Counted from the stretch's first letter, positions 38,517-52,133 are shown. The stretch: 64,000 bases of DNA from Eledone cirrhosa (GCA_964016885.1 OZ024742.1:41602001-41666000), one strand, 5' to 3'. The notes: generated from the sequence alone by a model not told the origin. Made by a program: numbers and translations.

Positions 38517-40204
38517 GTTCTTTGAGTCTCAGTCATTGATGTTATTTAACTGGAAAGTTTGTTGAAATGAATATCAAGCCACTACCTGCAGCCTCAGATA
38601 TTCAGGACGTATCGGAGGGTTCTTGCTGTTCCCAGCAAGCATGCCTTTTGAAGTGTTCCAAAAAGCGGGGCGGGACCAATTTTCTTTAACCATCCTTGGA
38701 AACTCTTTGAGATAGTACCTAGTGCGCCTATGACAATCGGGACCACTTTGACTTCATGGCAGTTCCAAATCCTTTTTACCTCCCACTTTAAGTCCTGATA
38801 TCGGTTAATTTTCTCCTTCTCCTTCTCTTGCACTCTTGTGTCGAATGGGCAGGCTACATCCAAAATTAGGCACGATCTTTTTTCCTTGTCCAAAACCACC
38901 AGGTCAGGTCTATTGTGTTCCAGTTTCTTGTCCGTCTGTATCCTAAAATCCCACAGCACCTTCACCTGATCGTTTTCTATCGCCGACTCTGGCTTATGCT
39001 CATACCACTTCTCAGAATATGGTAAATTGTTTACTTTGCATAGCTGCCAGTGGATCACCCTGCCCATCACATCATGTCTCCAGCCTTTATAGTGAGTCTG
39101 GGCTAGGTGTTTACACTCGGATACAATGTGAGCCACAGTCTCCTCTCTCTCTCTCTCCACAGATCCTACACAGTGGGCTAGCCTCCTCCTTGTAAATATG
39201 GTGTTGTAGCCACTTCGTTTTGAGGGCCTGCTCTTGCGCAGCCATTAGCATTCCTTCTGTAGCCTTTTTAAGGTCTCCTCTTTTCAACCAGTTCCATGTC
39301 TGTGGATCTCTGAATTCAGTTTTCTCAAAGAAGGTACTATGAAGGGATTTTTCATGAAGGTTGCTCTTTCTCCTTGTTATTATTTCCTCCTTGGACATCC
39401 CCTGGTCTATTGTCCTCTCCTTCAGTACAATTCTGAGCATTGGCTCCCTACTATCAGTCACGTATTTGTGTAGGTTGTTTTTCTCCATCTGAACACAGTC
39501 ATCTATGCTGATAAAACCTCTTCCACCTTCAGATCTCCTTAAGTAGAGTCTATCGATATCACTCCTCTTGTGGAACATGTTGTAGATAGTCAATAGCTTC
39601 CTAGTCTTCCTATCCATTTCTTTTTGTTCAGCAACATTCCATCTCAGAATTCCCGCACTGTACCTAATAATAGACACAGCTCGGGAATTTACTGCACTTA
39701 TGGCATTCCTACTGTTCATATGTGATTTTAATACGCTCCTTACTCTCCGAATGTATTCAGATCTTATCAATTCCTTCATTTTTTTGTTCTTGATGTCATC
39801 AGCCTCCAGAACACCTAAATATTTGTATCCTTCTTCAGTGTCAATTTCCTTTATCATCTCACCTGTTGGTACCTGGATTCCGTTGCTTCTGCTCAATTTA
39901 CCCCTCTTCATCACAAGGACTCCACACTTACTAATATCAAATTGCATACATATATCATTGCTGAAAATACGGACAGTGTCAACAAGCACATCGAACTCCT
40001 TCTCACTCTTCCCGAAGAGCTTAAGATCGTCCATGAAGAGGAGGTGATTGATGGTAAGCTCTCCCTTTCCCAACTTGTATCCTGCTCTCACTTTTCGCAG
40101 TATAATGGTCAGGGGCATCAGGGCAAGGACAAACAACAGAGGGGACAGACTATCTCCCTGGAAGATACCTCTCTTGATCTTCACGCCTCCCAAGGATTCT
40201 CCAG
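38517..40204 (-). mobile_element. R4/Dong-clade non-LTR retrotransposon, 5'-truncated (RT + CCHC + REL endonuclease)
   Basis: GIFQGDSLSP, LFMDDLKL, CRICG...ETVAHIVSEC, RHD, RPDLVV...DVACP (PD-D/ExK); 3' end abuts (TAA)n. Confidence 0.93.
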
Positions 40205-42598
40205 CCGATGTTAACTCACCCGACGTGCCCATACCTTGGCTGGCCGCGTCTGTCCTTGCTGGAATCGAGAACAGGACGACCATGCTGCAAGTAGAAAAAA
40301 TAGGGAGAGAGAACTGGTCAGGTATAGGCATGCAAATGCTTATACAAACTGACCAGGAATGTATCGACGCTATCCCCGATATCATAGACATCGAGGAAGG
40401 ACTCCAGCTCCCTATAAGTGTAGAAGGAAGACGGCCAAAATGTTATCTTTGTGGGTCGAAGGGTCACCTCAGGGCCTTTTTCCCGCAGAAGACAGCGAAG
40501 AAGGCCCCTCTCCTTCCAATACCTGGTCCGCTGCTACCAAGAGCAGGGCAGGCAACAAACAAAGAAGCCCCTTCCACGGTGAGTAGGAGGGCAACGTCCG
40601 TAGCACCCGTACCAAGGCCACGGATAACTAAAGCAGCATCATCAGTGGCGGCAACAACAATAGCTACATTTGAAGTAGCTACACCAGCAACAAAATTGCC
40701 GAAGAGGGCTCCACTACCACCACCAACAGCTGTGGAGCACATACCCCTCCCAGACGCTACAGAATCCGACATGGAGTTTGAGGCGGGAGTGAAGTGGCAA
40801 ACGGTCTGCCACAAAAAAGAAAAAAGAAAAAAACCCTTAGATTCACCCTCCAAAAGCGAAGGCATACAAAGAGGGGTAAAGGCAGCAAGGAAACTTGCAG
40901 CAACACCACCACCATCACCACCACAAACACCACTGACAACAACAACCACACCACCACCAGCATCACCCAAAACACCAACAACGCAAACACAACAAGACAC
41001 ATACACCAAACAGCAACAAGAAGAAAACAGCAACAAAATCAACCCTCCCACCAAAAAGTACACAGCCATAAACATGGCAAAAAAAGAACTCATACAATAT
41101 ATAAAGCAGCACACAGACATCACAGAAAAAAACTACTACACCCCACCAACATCAAGAACTCTCCCGAGAAACATAAGCATCATCGAAATCTCAACAGAAC
41201 AGTACAAACTTTTAAAACAAAAAACCCCAACGTAGTTGGAGACTTCAGAGGGTCGGTTACCAAGAGGATATACACTATCATCCTCTTGGAAACACCCATG
41301 ACCAGCGAAAGGGACGGTTCTACTGTCCCTTCACCACACCAACAAGATAAGTGACCCTTTCTCACTTGCCCCGTTTCTCATCCAACATGGCCGTACTCGG
41401 AATAGGCAGTATAAATGCACGTGGCCTGGGGTCATCTTGGAAGCAGGGTCACCTGCTCAACGACATCAGATCACTAAACATAGATGTGGTGGCCATCAGT
41501 GAAACCAGAATCTCCGAAGCACAAGCCTTTGCACCGATCTTCGGCGGCTACGATGTATACGCACCTCCCAGCCGTCCAGGATCGGGGGGAGGGGTTGCCG
41601 TCCTTTTTCGGAGAAGCCTGGATCTCGCGATACGGGCCATCTTCCTAGACCCAGAAGGTAAGTCAGTGGGGCTGGACGTGACCGGCAGCGAAGGCAATGC
41701 TTTCAGGCTAGTAGCCGTCTACGCTCCAACAGGGGCAGGACGGCCAGATTTCTTCAGACGTCTAGAGACCTTTCTTGGAACGTCCCGCTCTTTAGTGTTA
41801 GTGGGTGACTGGAACGGTATCTTGGATGCACGCTGGGATCGTGTGGGGCTAGTGGATAGGGGAGGAGGGTGTAAGAGCCTCACCAACCTGCTCAGACGTT
41901 TTGGATTGTCTGACAGGTATCGACTGGATCACGCGAATGTGCCAATGTGGACATGAACAAACCGCATCTGGTCATCCAGATCGTATCTCGATAGGGTATT
42001 CTGCAGAGAATAAGGCTAGTATAAGTTGTCCACAATTTAAAATAGTCGACTACACAGACCACAAATCTGTGATCTGTGAGATCGACATAGACAGACTTGA
42101 TAGACAAGGACCTGGTTACTGGAAGCTGAACGCGTCTTTCCCGGCGCGCAAAGCCTACAGAGACCGGATTAGCGTATTAGTTAAGCGGGCGTTGACGGGA
42201 GCGATCGTCAACAACAGGTGGTGGTTCGCCCTGAAAAGGGCAATTAAAGTAGAGTCGATTAGGTTTAGCAAAGGAGTAGTGATAGAGGAAAATAGAGTAG
42301 AGGGAGAGCTAGTCAGAAAGCCAGAAGAGGCTTTTAGGACAGGCATCGCAACCGACGTGCTTGCGGCGAGATTGGCACTCGACCAATTCTTCAACGCAAA
42401 ACACGAAGGCTGCGTTGTCAGAGCTAGAGCGCGTGCTCTGAAACACGAGGGGACAAAAGCCGTCCAATGGGCCCGGGTGGCAGAGGCGCGACGTGGCAAC
42501 AAAGCCACAATTCGGTCTTTGTCTGACCAAAACGGGTGCGTGATGCTCGAACCCGAGCGGATGTGTGAAGCTTTTCAGCAGCACTTTGCTGAACTGTT
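40205..42598 (+). mobile_element. Tx1-like LINE subfamily B, truncated at both ends (ORF1 C-half plus APE region)
   Basis: VEGRRPKCYLCGSKGHLRAF knuckle; ORF2 ATG at 41387 with INARG, GDWNG, GYWKLN. Confidence 0.93.
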
Positions 42599-42619
42599 TA
42601 TAAAAATATAAACAGTAGC

Positions 42620-45600
42620 AATATTTTAAATTTGTCTCAGGCAGACATTCATTTCCCGCCATTACCAATGACTGCAGGTGTTAAAGCCGCCACCCCCACC
42701 ACTACCACCACAGCGACAACAGAAACAAAAGAAAAAAAAATAAATTAACTCGTGATATCGAAATGAATTCAACCAAAATGAACTCTTCCACACCGAACAC
42801 CACTGACGCCACCACCACCACAACTGAAAATAAAATTAACAATAACAAAAATAACGATAACAACAACAATGAAATTAAGAAAACTACCCTGAGTTTTGTC
42901 AGAGTAGCAAAACAGTGCGGAGCGATCCAGGTAACTCAGGAGGAATTAGAAGAAGCCAAAAGAATGGTAAAGAAAGATGGGTACATGGTCTCCTCCCCCC
43001 CCCCCATAATAAAATGGAGCATCGTCGCCTATGCACCGCGTCTTTTCGGACAATTAACATAAAATCGCGACGAGTGGAACGGGAATCCGAGTCCCAAATC
43101 TCAAAAGCTTTGGGACATGTGTGGGCAAAAAAAGACCACATCAGACGTGGGCAGAAATATGGAACCGTGGACGTGTTCTTTAAAACACCACAGCAGGCCA
43201 GAGAACACTCCATGGCCCCATTAAGAAGTGACGACTTCACACTCGTCCCAAGCTATTGTGGCCAGAGACTCGTGAAGATCAAGATCACCCACGTTCCACC
43301 GGCCATCGAAATTCCCTGGCTAATAGCTGCCGTCCTCGCCGGCATAAGAAGCCAACACCAAGATAATCGAAATAGCGAAAGAAAAACAGGAGAACTGGTC
43401 CGGATCTGGGATGGAGCTCCTGATCCAAGCGGACCAAAAAAGCATTGAGGAGATCCCAGAGGTAATAGACCTCACTGACAGCAGCCACCTCACCGTAATT
43501 GTCGAGGGCAGAAGGCCTATGTGTGTCGTTTGTGGTGAAGGAACCCACCTAAGGGCTTTCTGCCCTGAGGCTAAAAGGTTGAGGCCACCTCTCCTACCCA
43601 CCCCAGTGACTCAACCATCAACACCACCAGCAGCAGAGATGGCAGCAACAACTGTAGCAGCAACAACAGAAGCAACTGTAACAGCAACAACCCCAGCAAC
43701 AGTAGCAAAACCAACACCACCACCACCACCCAACGCGCCAGAACTAACACCAGCGCCTACATCATCCACCACGCCACAACCAAAACCAACGCCTGTGGAG
43801 GATTTTCCACTCCCCGGCCTATCACAACTGGAGACAGATTGTGACGACGAGGAGTGGGAAACGGTATCAGGAAAAAAGAAAAAAAGAAACCAAAAAAGAA
43901 AAAATTCTCTTCCCTCCCCCTCCAAAAACAAAATACAGAGGGAAACAAATAAACTATCAAACAAAAAAGTTAGGACAGATATGCCACCATCCACACCAGC
44001 ATCACCAACCCCATCACCACAAACACCAACACCATCACCATCATTAACCCCAACACCACCATCACCAACACCACAAAAGTCACCAAAAAGCGAAACAGAA
44101 ACAAACCCACGACAAGCACAAACAAAACAAAACAACCAAAACGATACACACTACACAGCATTAAATTTGAACAACAACCAATTATTACACTACATCCAAC
44201 ACAACACCAGCATCACAGAAAAAGACTACACAACAACCCAAAAGTTCACACCACCTCCACACATACAAATCACTCGCATCACACAGAAAACGTACACGAC
44301 ACTAAAACAAAAATTCCCCAAAGACATCGGAGACTTCCGACAAACACTCTCCAGGAGGATTTATAAGGACATCCTTCCGGAGGAGGCCACAAGCAGTGAA
44401 AAGGATGGACAAACCATCCTTCCTCTACGAGAAGTAAGGTAAGTGGTCTTTCCCATCTTTTCCACTCCATTTCAACATGACCTCACTCAGAATAGGCAGC
44501 ATAAATGCGCGTGGCTTGGGGTCCTCATGGAAGCAGGGCCACCTGCTCAACGACCTCAGGTAACTAAACATAGATGTAGTGGCCATCAGCGAGACCAGAA
44601 TCTCCGAAGCACGGGCCTTCGCACCGATCTTCGGCGGCTACGATGTGTACGCATCTCCCAGCCGTCCGGGATCGGGGGGAGGAGTTGCTGTGCTTTTTCG
44701 GAGAGGTTTGGATCTCGCCATACGGGCCATCTTCCTGGACCCAGAGGGTAAGTTGGTGGTGCTGGACGTGACCAGCGGAGACGGGCAAGCTTTCAGGCTA
44801 GTGGCCGTCTATGCTGTGTGGGATTAGCGGATAGGGGTAGAGGGTGCAAGAGCCTCACCAACCTGCTCAGGCGTTTTGAACTGTCTGACAGGTACCGATT
44901 GGATTTCCCGAATGTGCCAATGTGGACTTGGACAAATCGCATAGGGTCATCCAGATCATATCTAGATAGAGTATTTTGTAGGGAAACAAATAGGTCTAGC
45001 ATAGGCTGTCCACAATTCAAGATAGTCAGCTACACGGACCACAAATTCGTGATCTGTGTGCTTGACTTAGATAGGCTTCATAGACGAGAACCCGGCTACT
45101 GGAAGCTAAACGCGTCCTTACCAGCGCGCAAGCCCTACAGAGACCGGATTAGCGAACTAGTTAAGCGCGCGTTGACGGGGGCCATCGTCAACAACAAGTG
45201 GTGGTTTGCTCTGAAAAGAGCGATTAGAATAGAATTGATTAGGTTTAGTAAGGCTTTAGCAATAGAGAAAAATAGAGCAGAGGGAGAACTAGTTAGAAAA
45301 TTAGACGAGGCGCTTAGCAAAGGCATTGCGACCGACGTGCTTGCGGCGAAATTGGCCCTTGACCAATTCTTCAATGCAAAGCACGAAGGCTGCGTTGTCA
45401 GAGCTAGGGTGCGTGCTCTCAGACACGAGGGGACGAAAGCCGTTCAATGGGCCCGAGTGGCGGAGGCGTGTCGTGGCAACAAAGCCACGATCCGGTCTTT
45501 GGTGGACCACGACGGGCTCATGCTACTCGATCCCGGGCAAATGTGTGAAGCTTTTCAGCGACACTTCGCTCAGCTGTTCGGGGGCAGCGGTGGGCCGGGT

Positions 45601-48043
45601 CGAGGGATGGACTTTAGTGTCTACCTCGACAGACTGCCGCGGCTCTCGGCCACTGAGGCGAAGTGTTGCGAAAAGCCGATAACAGCCGCTGAAGTAAGGG
45701 AGGCAATGACTGGCTGCACAAGGGGTAAATCGCCTGGTTTGGATGGTCTGCCCTATGAACTTTACGTACAGATGCCAGACTTGTTCGGAGGCCTCTTGGC
45801 GGACGTCTACTGCAACTGGCAACAGAACGGGAGAATTCCCAGTTCTGTGAGCCGAGGAGCGGTGGCACTGCTGAGAAAGGATCCGAACAAGGGGGATAAC
45901 ATAGATAATTTCCGCCCCATAACTCTGCTAAACACAGAGTTCAAGATTTTGGCCAAGGTGCTAGCAAAGAGGTTGGCGCTTTCGTTGGTGGTCTGGTGGG
46001 AGAGGCGCAGACATGCGCCATTCCCGACAGATCCATCCACGACAACCTCCACCTCATGCGATACATCGTAGAGAGGGTAGCTAGGGAACCTGGCACAGGT
46101 GGGTCCTTGATCAATTTAGATCAGTCGAAAGCTTTCGATAGGGTCAACCATCGTTACCTAGCGGCAGTCCTAAGGGCGGCTGGCTTTGGGACTGTCTTCA
46201 GAGGCTGGATCGCTGCCATGCACAGCGACATCTGCTCTGTGGTGAGAGTGAACGGCCACCTGTCGGAACCGTTCAACATCATGCGCTCGGTCCGCCAAGG
46301 ATGTCCCCTCTCGTCCCTCTTGTATGTATTGACTCTCGAGCCATTACTGCACAAACTGGAGACGTTGAGGGGCGTCCCGCACGAACTAGGATGCGGAAGA
46401 TCCGTGTCAGCATATGCGGACGATGTCACCGTAGTGGTGTCGAACGCCAAACACATCGAGGCGATCGGCACTACACTAAGAGAATACGAAGCGGTGACAG
46501 GAGCAATGATCAACCAGGAAAAGTCAGTGAGCCTGCAGCTCGGCACCTGGAGAGGCAGGTCCATGCCGTCCAACAGCGTCGTCTGACACTGGACGGACCG
46601 GTTAAATTGCTAGGGGTCTGGTTCGGTCCGGACCTCCAGACGGACAAAAACTGGGACGAGGTGACGAGCAGGGTGGCTTCTCTCACCCAGAAATGGGCGG
46701 AGAGGAAGCTATCCCTGAAAGGTCGAGCGGAGGTGGCTAACGCGTACATCGCGTCTATCATCTGCTACCGCCTGACCGTCGTACCTTGTCCTAAGCCTCG
46801 CCACACTGCGCTGGAGCGTTTGCTCTTTCGCTTTTCGTGGAAGGGACGCGCTCCGGTGGTCAGGCGGTCCATCTGTTGTCAACACCCGCTACGTGAAGGG
46901 CTGGGCATGCCGTGGCTGATGATGCGCAGGCACGCGCTCAGGCTACGACATCTCCACCTCCTCCTCGACGGTGATCAGGTGTGGTCGCCGTTTGCTAGAC
47001 ACGTATTTCCCCAGCTCGTTTCCTTGACGGAACTGCAGTCCTGGGTCAAGCGAAGATCGAGAGGGAGCGCTTGGAGACTGGAATGTCTTCAGGCGCTCAC
47101 AGCCCTCGACCAATCGGGCAATGTGATCGGTGGAAACTCCACCTCGGCGTTCTATAGAGGATTAGTGAAGGGGAAGAGCGACGACGTACTTGGGGAAACT
47201 CTAGGCGTCGACGAAAATCAACTAGCCAATCTCTTCGGAAGAACTTTCGGGCCAGGGCCTAGGGACAACTTCCAGAAATCTCTGGCCTGGCAGTGCTACC
47301 GAGGAGCCTTGCCAGTTCGGGATAAACTCTACGGGCATGGAGGTGCCGTCAGCCGGGCATGTCCGAGATGCGCGCAGGGCGACAAAACCGTCCTGCACGC
47401 ACTCGTCCAGTGTCCGAAAATTGCTGACTTGTGGGTTTATGTCGAACACCTGCTGTCGCGTGTAGGACGGATCCGGCTATCATCTGAGTCCATCGTGAGG
47501 ATTGCCCCGCCCTCCTCCTTTAGCCGGGAAGGGCAGGCAGTTTTTATCTGTCTGGTGGCCATGGCGAAAGAGATAGTATGGTGGACACGTTTGAAAGGGC
47601 TGAAGACGAGCACTTACCTCTTCGGTGATGCTCTGATTGACTTTTTCAAATTTCATTTGAAAAGGAAAATCAGAGTAGAGAGGGAAGTGCTCTCTTCCCA
47701 GCATTTTGTTGAAAGATGGGTGAGAGAAGCAAGAATGGTCCGAGTGAATGGGCCTACTCTGAGTATATATCTGTAAATTAAAGGTGGAAAACTGGGAGAG
47801 GGCACTTTCCTTGGTGGTCAGGGTCACTGTGGCCTTTTACTTGGCTTTCTCCACAAATGTCCCTCCGAAGTCTCCCCCTATTGGGGAATTTGTCATTGTT
47901 ATTTTTGTTGCTACATCCTCTGTTTTAGTTTTTTACACGCAGAAATGCCCATTTGTACCGTCCTGTATTGTCCTGCACTGTCCTTAATGTCTACTTTATG
48001 TAAACCCTTGTTGTTAATAAAGAAATCATTATTATTATTATTA
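42620..48043 (+). mobile_element. Near-full-length Tx1-like LINE subfamily B with stops/frameshifts
   Basis: ORF1 to 44442 (CVVCGEGTHLRAFC); ORF2 44477-47776 with APE, RT (YADD) and CPRC motif; AATAAA at 48016 and (ATT)n tail. Confidence 0.95.
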
Positions 48044-49524
48044 CAGTTGCATTTATCTTGCTTTATGTTCATATGAGTTATCACCAAGTCACAACCAGTG
48101 ACCTCAAGAGACAACAAGGTCCGCCATGTTCAAGAAAGAACATACATACTCACACACACATGCATCTTTAGTGTTTAGACTTGTGATGTACTTATATTGA
48201 CAGAATCTTCCTTAGTATATGGGCAGTTCCCATTAGTACTATCTTTTGTATTTCTCCTATACGCGGGTTTCCTGGGATTTGCGATAAGTAATCATTAGAC
48301 CCCTTAGGTATCATTCCCAGAACGCCTACAACCACTGGTATTGTTTTAGTTCTCAATTTCCACATTTTTCCAATTTCTATCTCCAGGTCTTTATACTTGC
48401 TCAATTTTTCAAATGTTTTTATAGATACATTCTTGTCTATTGGAACAGACATATCAATTAGCAGGCATACCCTCTTTTTAAAGTCCTTCAATATTATATC
48501 AGGTCTATTTGCATCTATTTTTCGGTCTGTTTGGATGCTAAAGTTCCACAAGATTGAGATGTGATATTTTTCAAGTATGGGAGGTGGTTGATGCTCCCAC
48601 CAATTCTTTTGATGGGGCAGGTCAAAATGCTTACACATTATCCAATGTATGTATTGTGCAGCTCTGTCATGCCTGTTTAGGTATTCTGTTGGAGCTATAG
48701 GACTGCACATTGAAATTATATGGTCAATGGTCTCTGGTTGTTTTTTGCATACACGGCATAATGGGCTGCATCCATTTTTTATTATGTTGGCTTGGTAATT
48801 TTTTGTTGGCAGACACTGATCTTGTGCTGATATAATCAGTCCTTCAGTCTCCGATTTCAGTCTCCGATTTCAGTCTCCGATTTCACCCTGAAAAATTCCA
48901 CAATTAATATTAACTTCTCCAGCTTCCAGTGATTTTGTTTCACTATTCAAAAGGAGTGTCGTTTTCCATGTCTTCATACTGAATGACAAAAACCTCCTGA
49001 CAACGGGGGGATATTTTGAAAATCTCTAAACATTTTTCAATCCAACTATTGAATGCTTTTTTATAATCTATCCAAGCAATCGATAGATTTTTGTGTCTAT
49101 TATGACAATCTTCCAGTATCATTTTGTTAACCAAAAGCTGATCCTTAAAGCCATATGAGCCTCGTTTACACCCTTTCTGCTCAATGGGAAATAGGTCATT
49201 TGTTATCAGGTGGTCATATGTGTATTCAGTTAGGACTGATGTTAAAATTTTATACATTGTGGTCAAGCAAGTTATCGGTCTGTAATTTTTGGGATTGTTT
49301 GTCTCATCATTCTTCGGAAGCAGGAATGTAATGCCGTTAACTAGCCATGATGGTATCTTTTCTGGCTCCTTAACTATTTCATTGTAAAGTTGGGCTAACA
49401 GCTCATGAGACTCTGTGAAGGCATTTATCCAAAAGTTTTGTATTTTGTCTTTTCCTGGGGATTTCCATTTGCTGGTTTTTCTTAGAGCTGTTTTTTCTTA
49501 GAGCCAAGCGCAACTGTTCAACTG
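48044..49524 (-). mobile_element. R4/Dong-clade element, 5'-truncated and internally deleted
   Basis: EQKGCKRGSYG, WIDYKKAF; then RHDRAAQYIHW...NRPDII...IDMSVP; (TTA)n on both flanks. Confidence 0.92.
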
Positions 49525-49541
49525 TTATTATTATTATTATT

Positions 49542-51285
49542 CGGCTCTCCCGATCGGTCCGTCAAGGGTGCCCTCTCTCTTCCCTTCTGTACGTATTGAC
49601 TCTCGGGCCTTTACTGCGGAAGCTGGAGCTGTTGCAGGGCATCCCACTCGAACCGAGACGTGGAAAGGCGGTGTCGGCTTATGCGGACGACATCACCGTG
49701 ATGGTGGCGAACACCTCAGAAATCGAGGTGGTCGGCACCTTATTGAAGGAATATGAAAGGTTGACAGGAGCCAAACTTAACCCGAAAAAGTCAGTGGGCT
49801 TGCAGCTCGGAACCTGGAGAGGCAGGCCCATGCCGTCCAACAGCGTCGTGTGGCGCTGGACGGACGGACCGGTAAAGTTGCTCGGGATTTGGTTCGGACC
49901 AGACCTCCAGGTGGAAAAGAATTGGGACGAGGTAACGAGCAGAGTAGCCAGTCTCACCCAAAAATGGGCTGGGAGGAAGCTATCACTGAAAGGTCGCGCG
50001 GAGGTGGCGAATGCGTACATCGCGTCCGTCATCTACTACCGCCTGACCGTCGTGCCTCGTCAAGTTGGAACGGCTCCTCTTCAAATTCTTGTGGAGGGGA
50101 CAAGTTCCGTTGGTGAGGCGGTCCATCTTCTGCCAGCACCCTCTACGCGGAGGGCTGGGCATGCCGTGGCTAATGATGCGCAGACATGCGTTGAAGCTGC
50201 GACATCTCCAGATATTCTGCCTAAACGGTGAACAGGTGTGGTCGCCGTTTATCAGACGGGCCTTTCCGCATCTCATTTCTTTGACTGAGCTGCAGTCCTG
50301 GGTCAAGAAGAGACCGAGACTGGGTGACTGGCACCTGGAATGTTGCCAGGCACTCACTGCCCTCTACCAAGCGGGCAATACGATCAGTGGAACTTCCACT
50401 CTCGAGTTCTATAGAGGATTAGTGGTGGGCAAGTGCGATGACGCACTCGAAGAAGCTTTGGGCCTCGACGAAGTCGAACTGACCAGTCTGTACCGGAGGA
50501 CTTTCGAGCCGGGGACGATGGACAATTTCCAGAAATCCCTCGCTTGGCAGTGATACCGGGAGGCACTGCTGGTTCGGGATAAACTCTACAGGCACGGAAG
50601 TGTTGTCAGGCGGACCTGCCCAAGATGCGCACAGAACGACGAAACCGTTCTGAACGCACTTGTGGAGTTATGTCGAACAGCTACTGTCGCGTGTGGAACG
50701 AACCCGGCTCTCGGCCGAGTCCATAGTGAAGATCCACCCGCCGCCTTCCTTAGGTCAGGAAGAGCAGGAAATTTTCCTCTGTCTGGTGGCAGTTGCGAAA
50801 GAGGTTATCTGGTGGACCAGATCAAAAGGACTGAAGACAGACACTTTTCTCTTCGGCCAATCCCTCATCAACTTCTTCAAGTTTCACCTGGAAAGGAAGG
50901 TGAGGGTGGAGAAAGAAGTGCTTCCCCCCAGTACATTTGTTAAAAGGTGGATGAATGTGGCAAGAATGGCCCGTGTGAATGGGCCTACTCTGACCATATG
51001 CCTATAGGCTAGCTAACTTGAGGAGAGGGGTGCTCTCCCTGGGTGCCCTATAAGCGCAGGGTGGTTCAGGATTGGTGGGGTACCCGAGTCACCTCAGGGT
51101 CGTCCACCCCCTATCGGGGAATTTAGTTTGTTATATTTATGCATAGTTTATTTTATATTTTTGATATCTTCATTGTTAAATTAGTCTTGCCATTGTGCAC
51201 TTTTACTCGACCTTATTGTAAACCCCCACTGTCCCTGTCTTTGTATTGTCCCCTACATGTCGGCCCTTGTGGCTAATAAATGAAA

Positions 51286-51316
<31 letters not shown>
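49542..51316 (+). mobile_element. 5'-truncated Tx1-like LINE with distinct 3' UTR and (ATT)n tail
   Basis: Starts at RSVRQGCPLS; YADD; AATAAA at 51275; (TTA)n before and after. Confidence 0.93.
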
Positions 51317-51319
<3 letters not shown>

Positions 51320-51643
51320 ACTATGACTGTTAATTGCCCAAACAGAAACGCAAACAAACCGGTACCAAACCAACTCTATCCACAAACTTACATTCAACCT
51401 TACCCACTAGATACATACTACACTAGACATAAGTAAAACCAGTCCCGCCCTTCAGAATCATACCCAAAACATTCCCAACTTATTAATAACCAAACGAAAT
51501 TCATATAAGTTATAATAAAACATTTAAAATTTCATATTGATCTTAAATATTTGGTGGCTCTTTGTAAATAAACCATGGAATTTCCACTGGGTCAGCTAGT
51601 TTGTCTTATTTGCTTCAGACCTGATGCTTTTCTTATCATGTAG

Positions 51644-51761
51644 GTTCAGCAGAAGTGTGGGATATTTTACGAAAATCCGTGACACTGGACGTTATCCTAA
51701 AAAATTATGCTTTCAATTCGGAGAAAAGGCTAGTGGCTGGAAAAAGAAGACACTCTGGTAA
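51644..51761 (+). CDS. PNT-ETS factor last exon, ETS wing and stop (RFSRSVGYFTKIRDTGRYPKKLCFQFGEKASGWKKKTLW*)
   Basis: Acceptor ttttcttatcatgtag, phase 2 completes the Arg codon; KKLCFQFGEKASGW aligns with EHF-type RRLVYKFGKNARGW; TAA at 51759; not in the ORF track. Confidence 0.85.
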
Positions 51762-51874
51762 AAGAAAAAAGACACTCTAGCAGAAACTTCTTTCAAAATA
51801 TATATTCTTTTTGTTGTTAATATTTTTTTCATAAAAACTATTTCTACTTATTAAAAAAAAAATTATGATATTGT

Positions 51875-51880
51875 AATAAA
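51875..51880 (+). terminator. Candidate polyadenylation signal of the ETS gene
   Basis: AATAAA about 115 nt after the stop, followed by T-rich sequence. Confidence 0.4.
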
Positions 51881-52055
51881 ATATATATTCTTATCCATCT
51901 TTTTGTTTATTCCCCAACATCGCCACTGCCATATGAACAAAGCTAAAATTCGAAGACAGAAAATATAAAACTGAAATGGAAATGCAAGCAACGAAATCTA
52001 CTTAGCATTTGTATACTTACTGTTGCACACACACGCACACACATATATACATATA

Positions 52056-52130
<75 letters not shown>

Positions 52131-52133
<3 letters not shown>

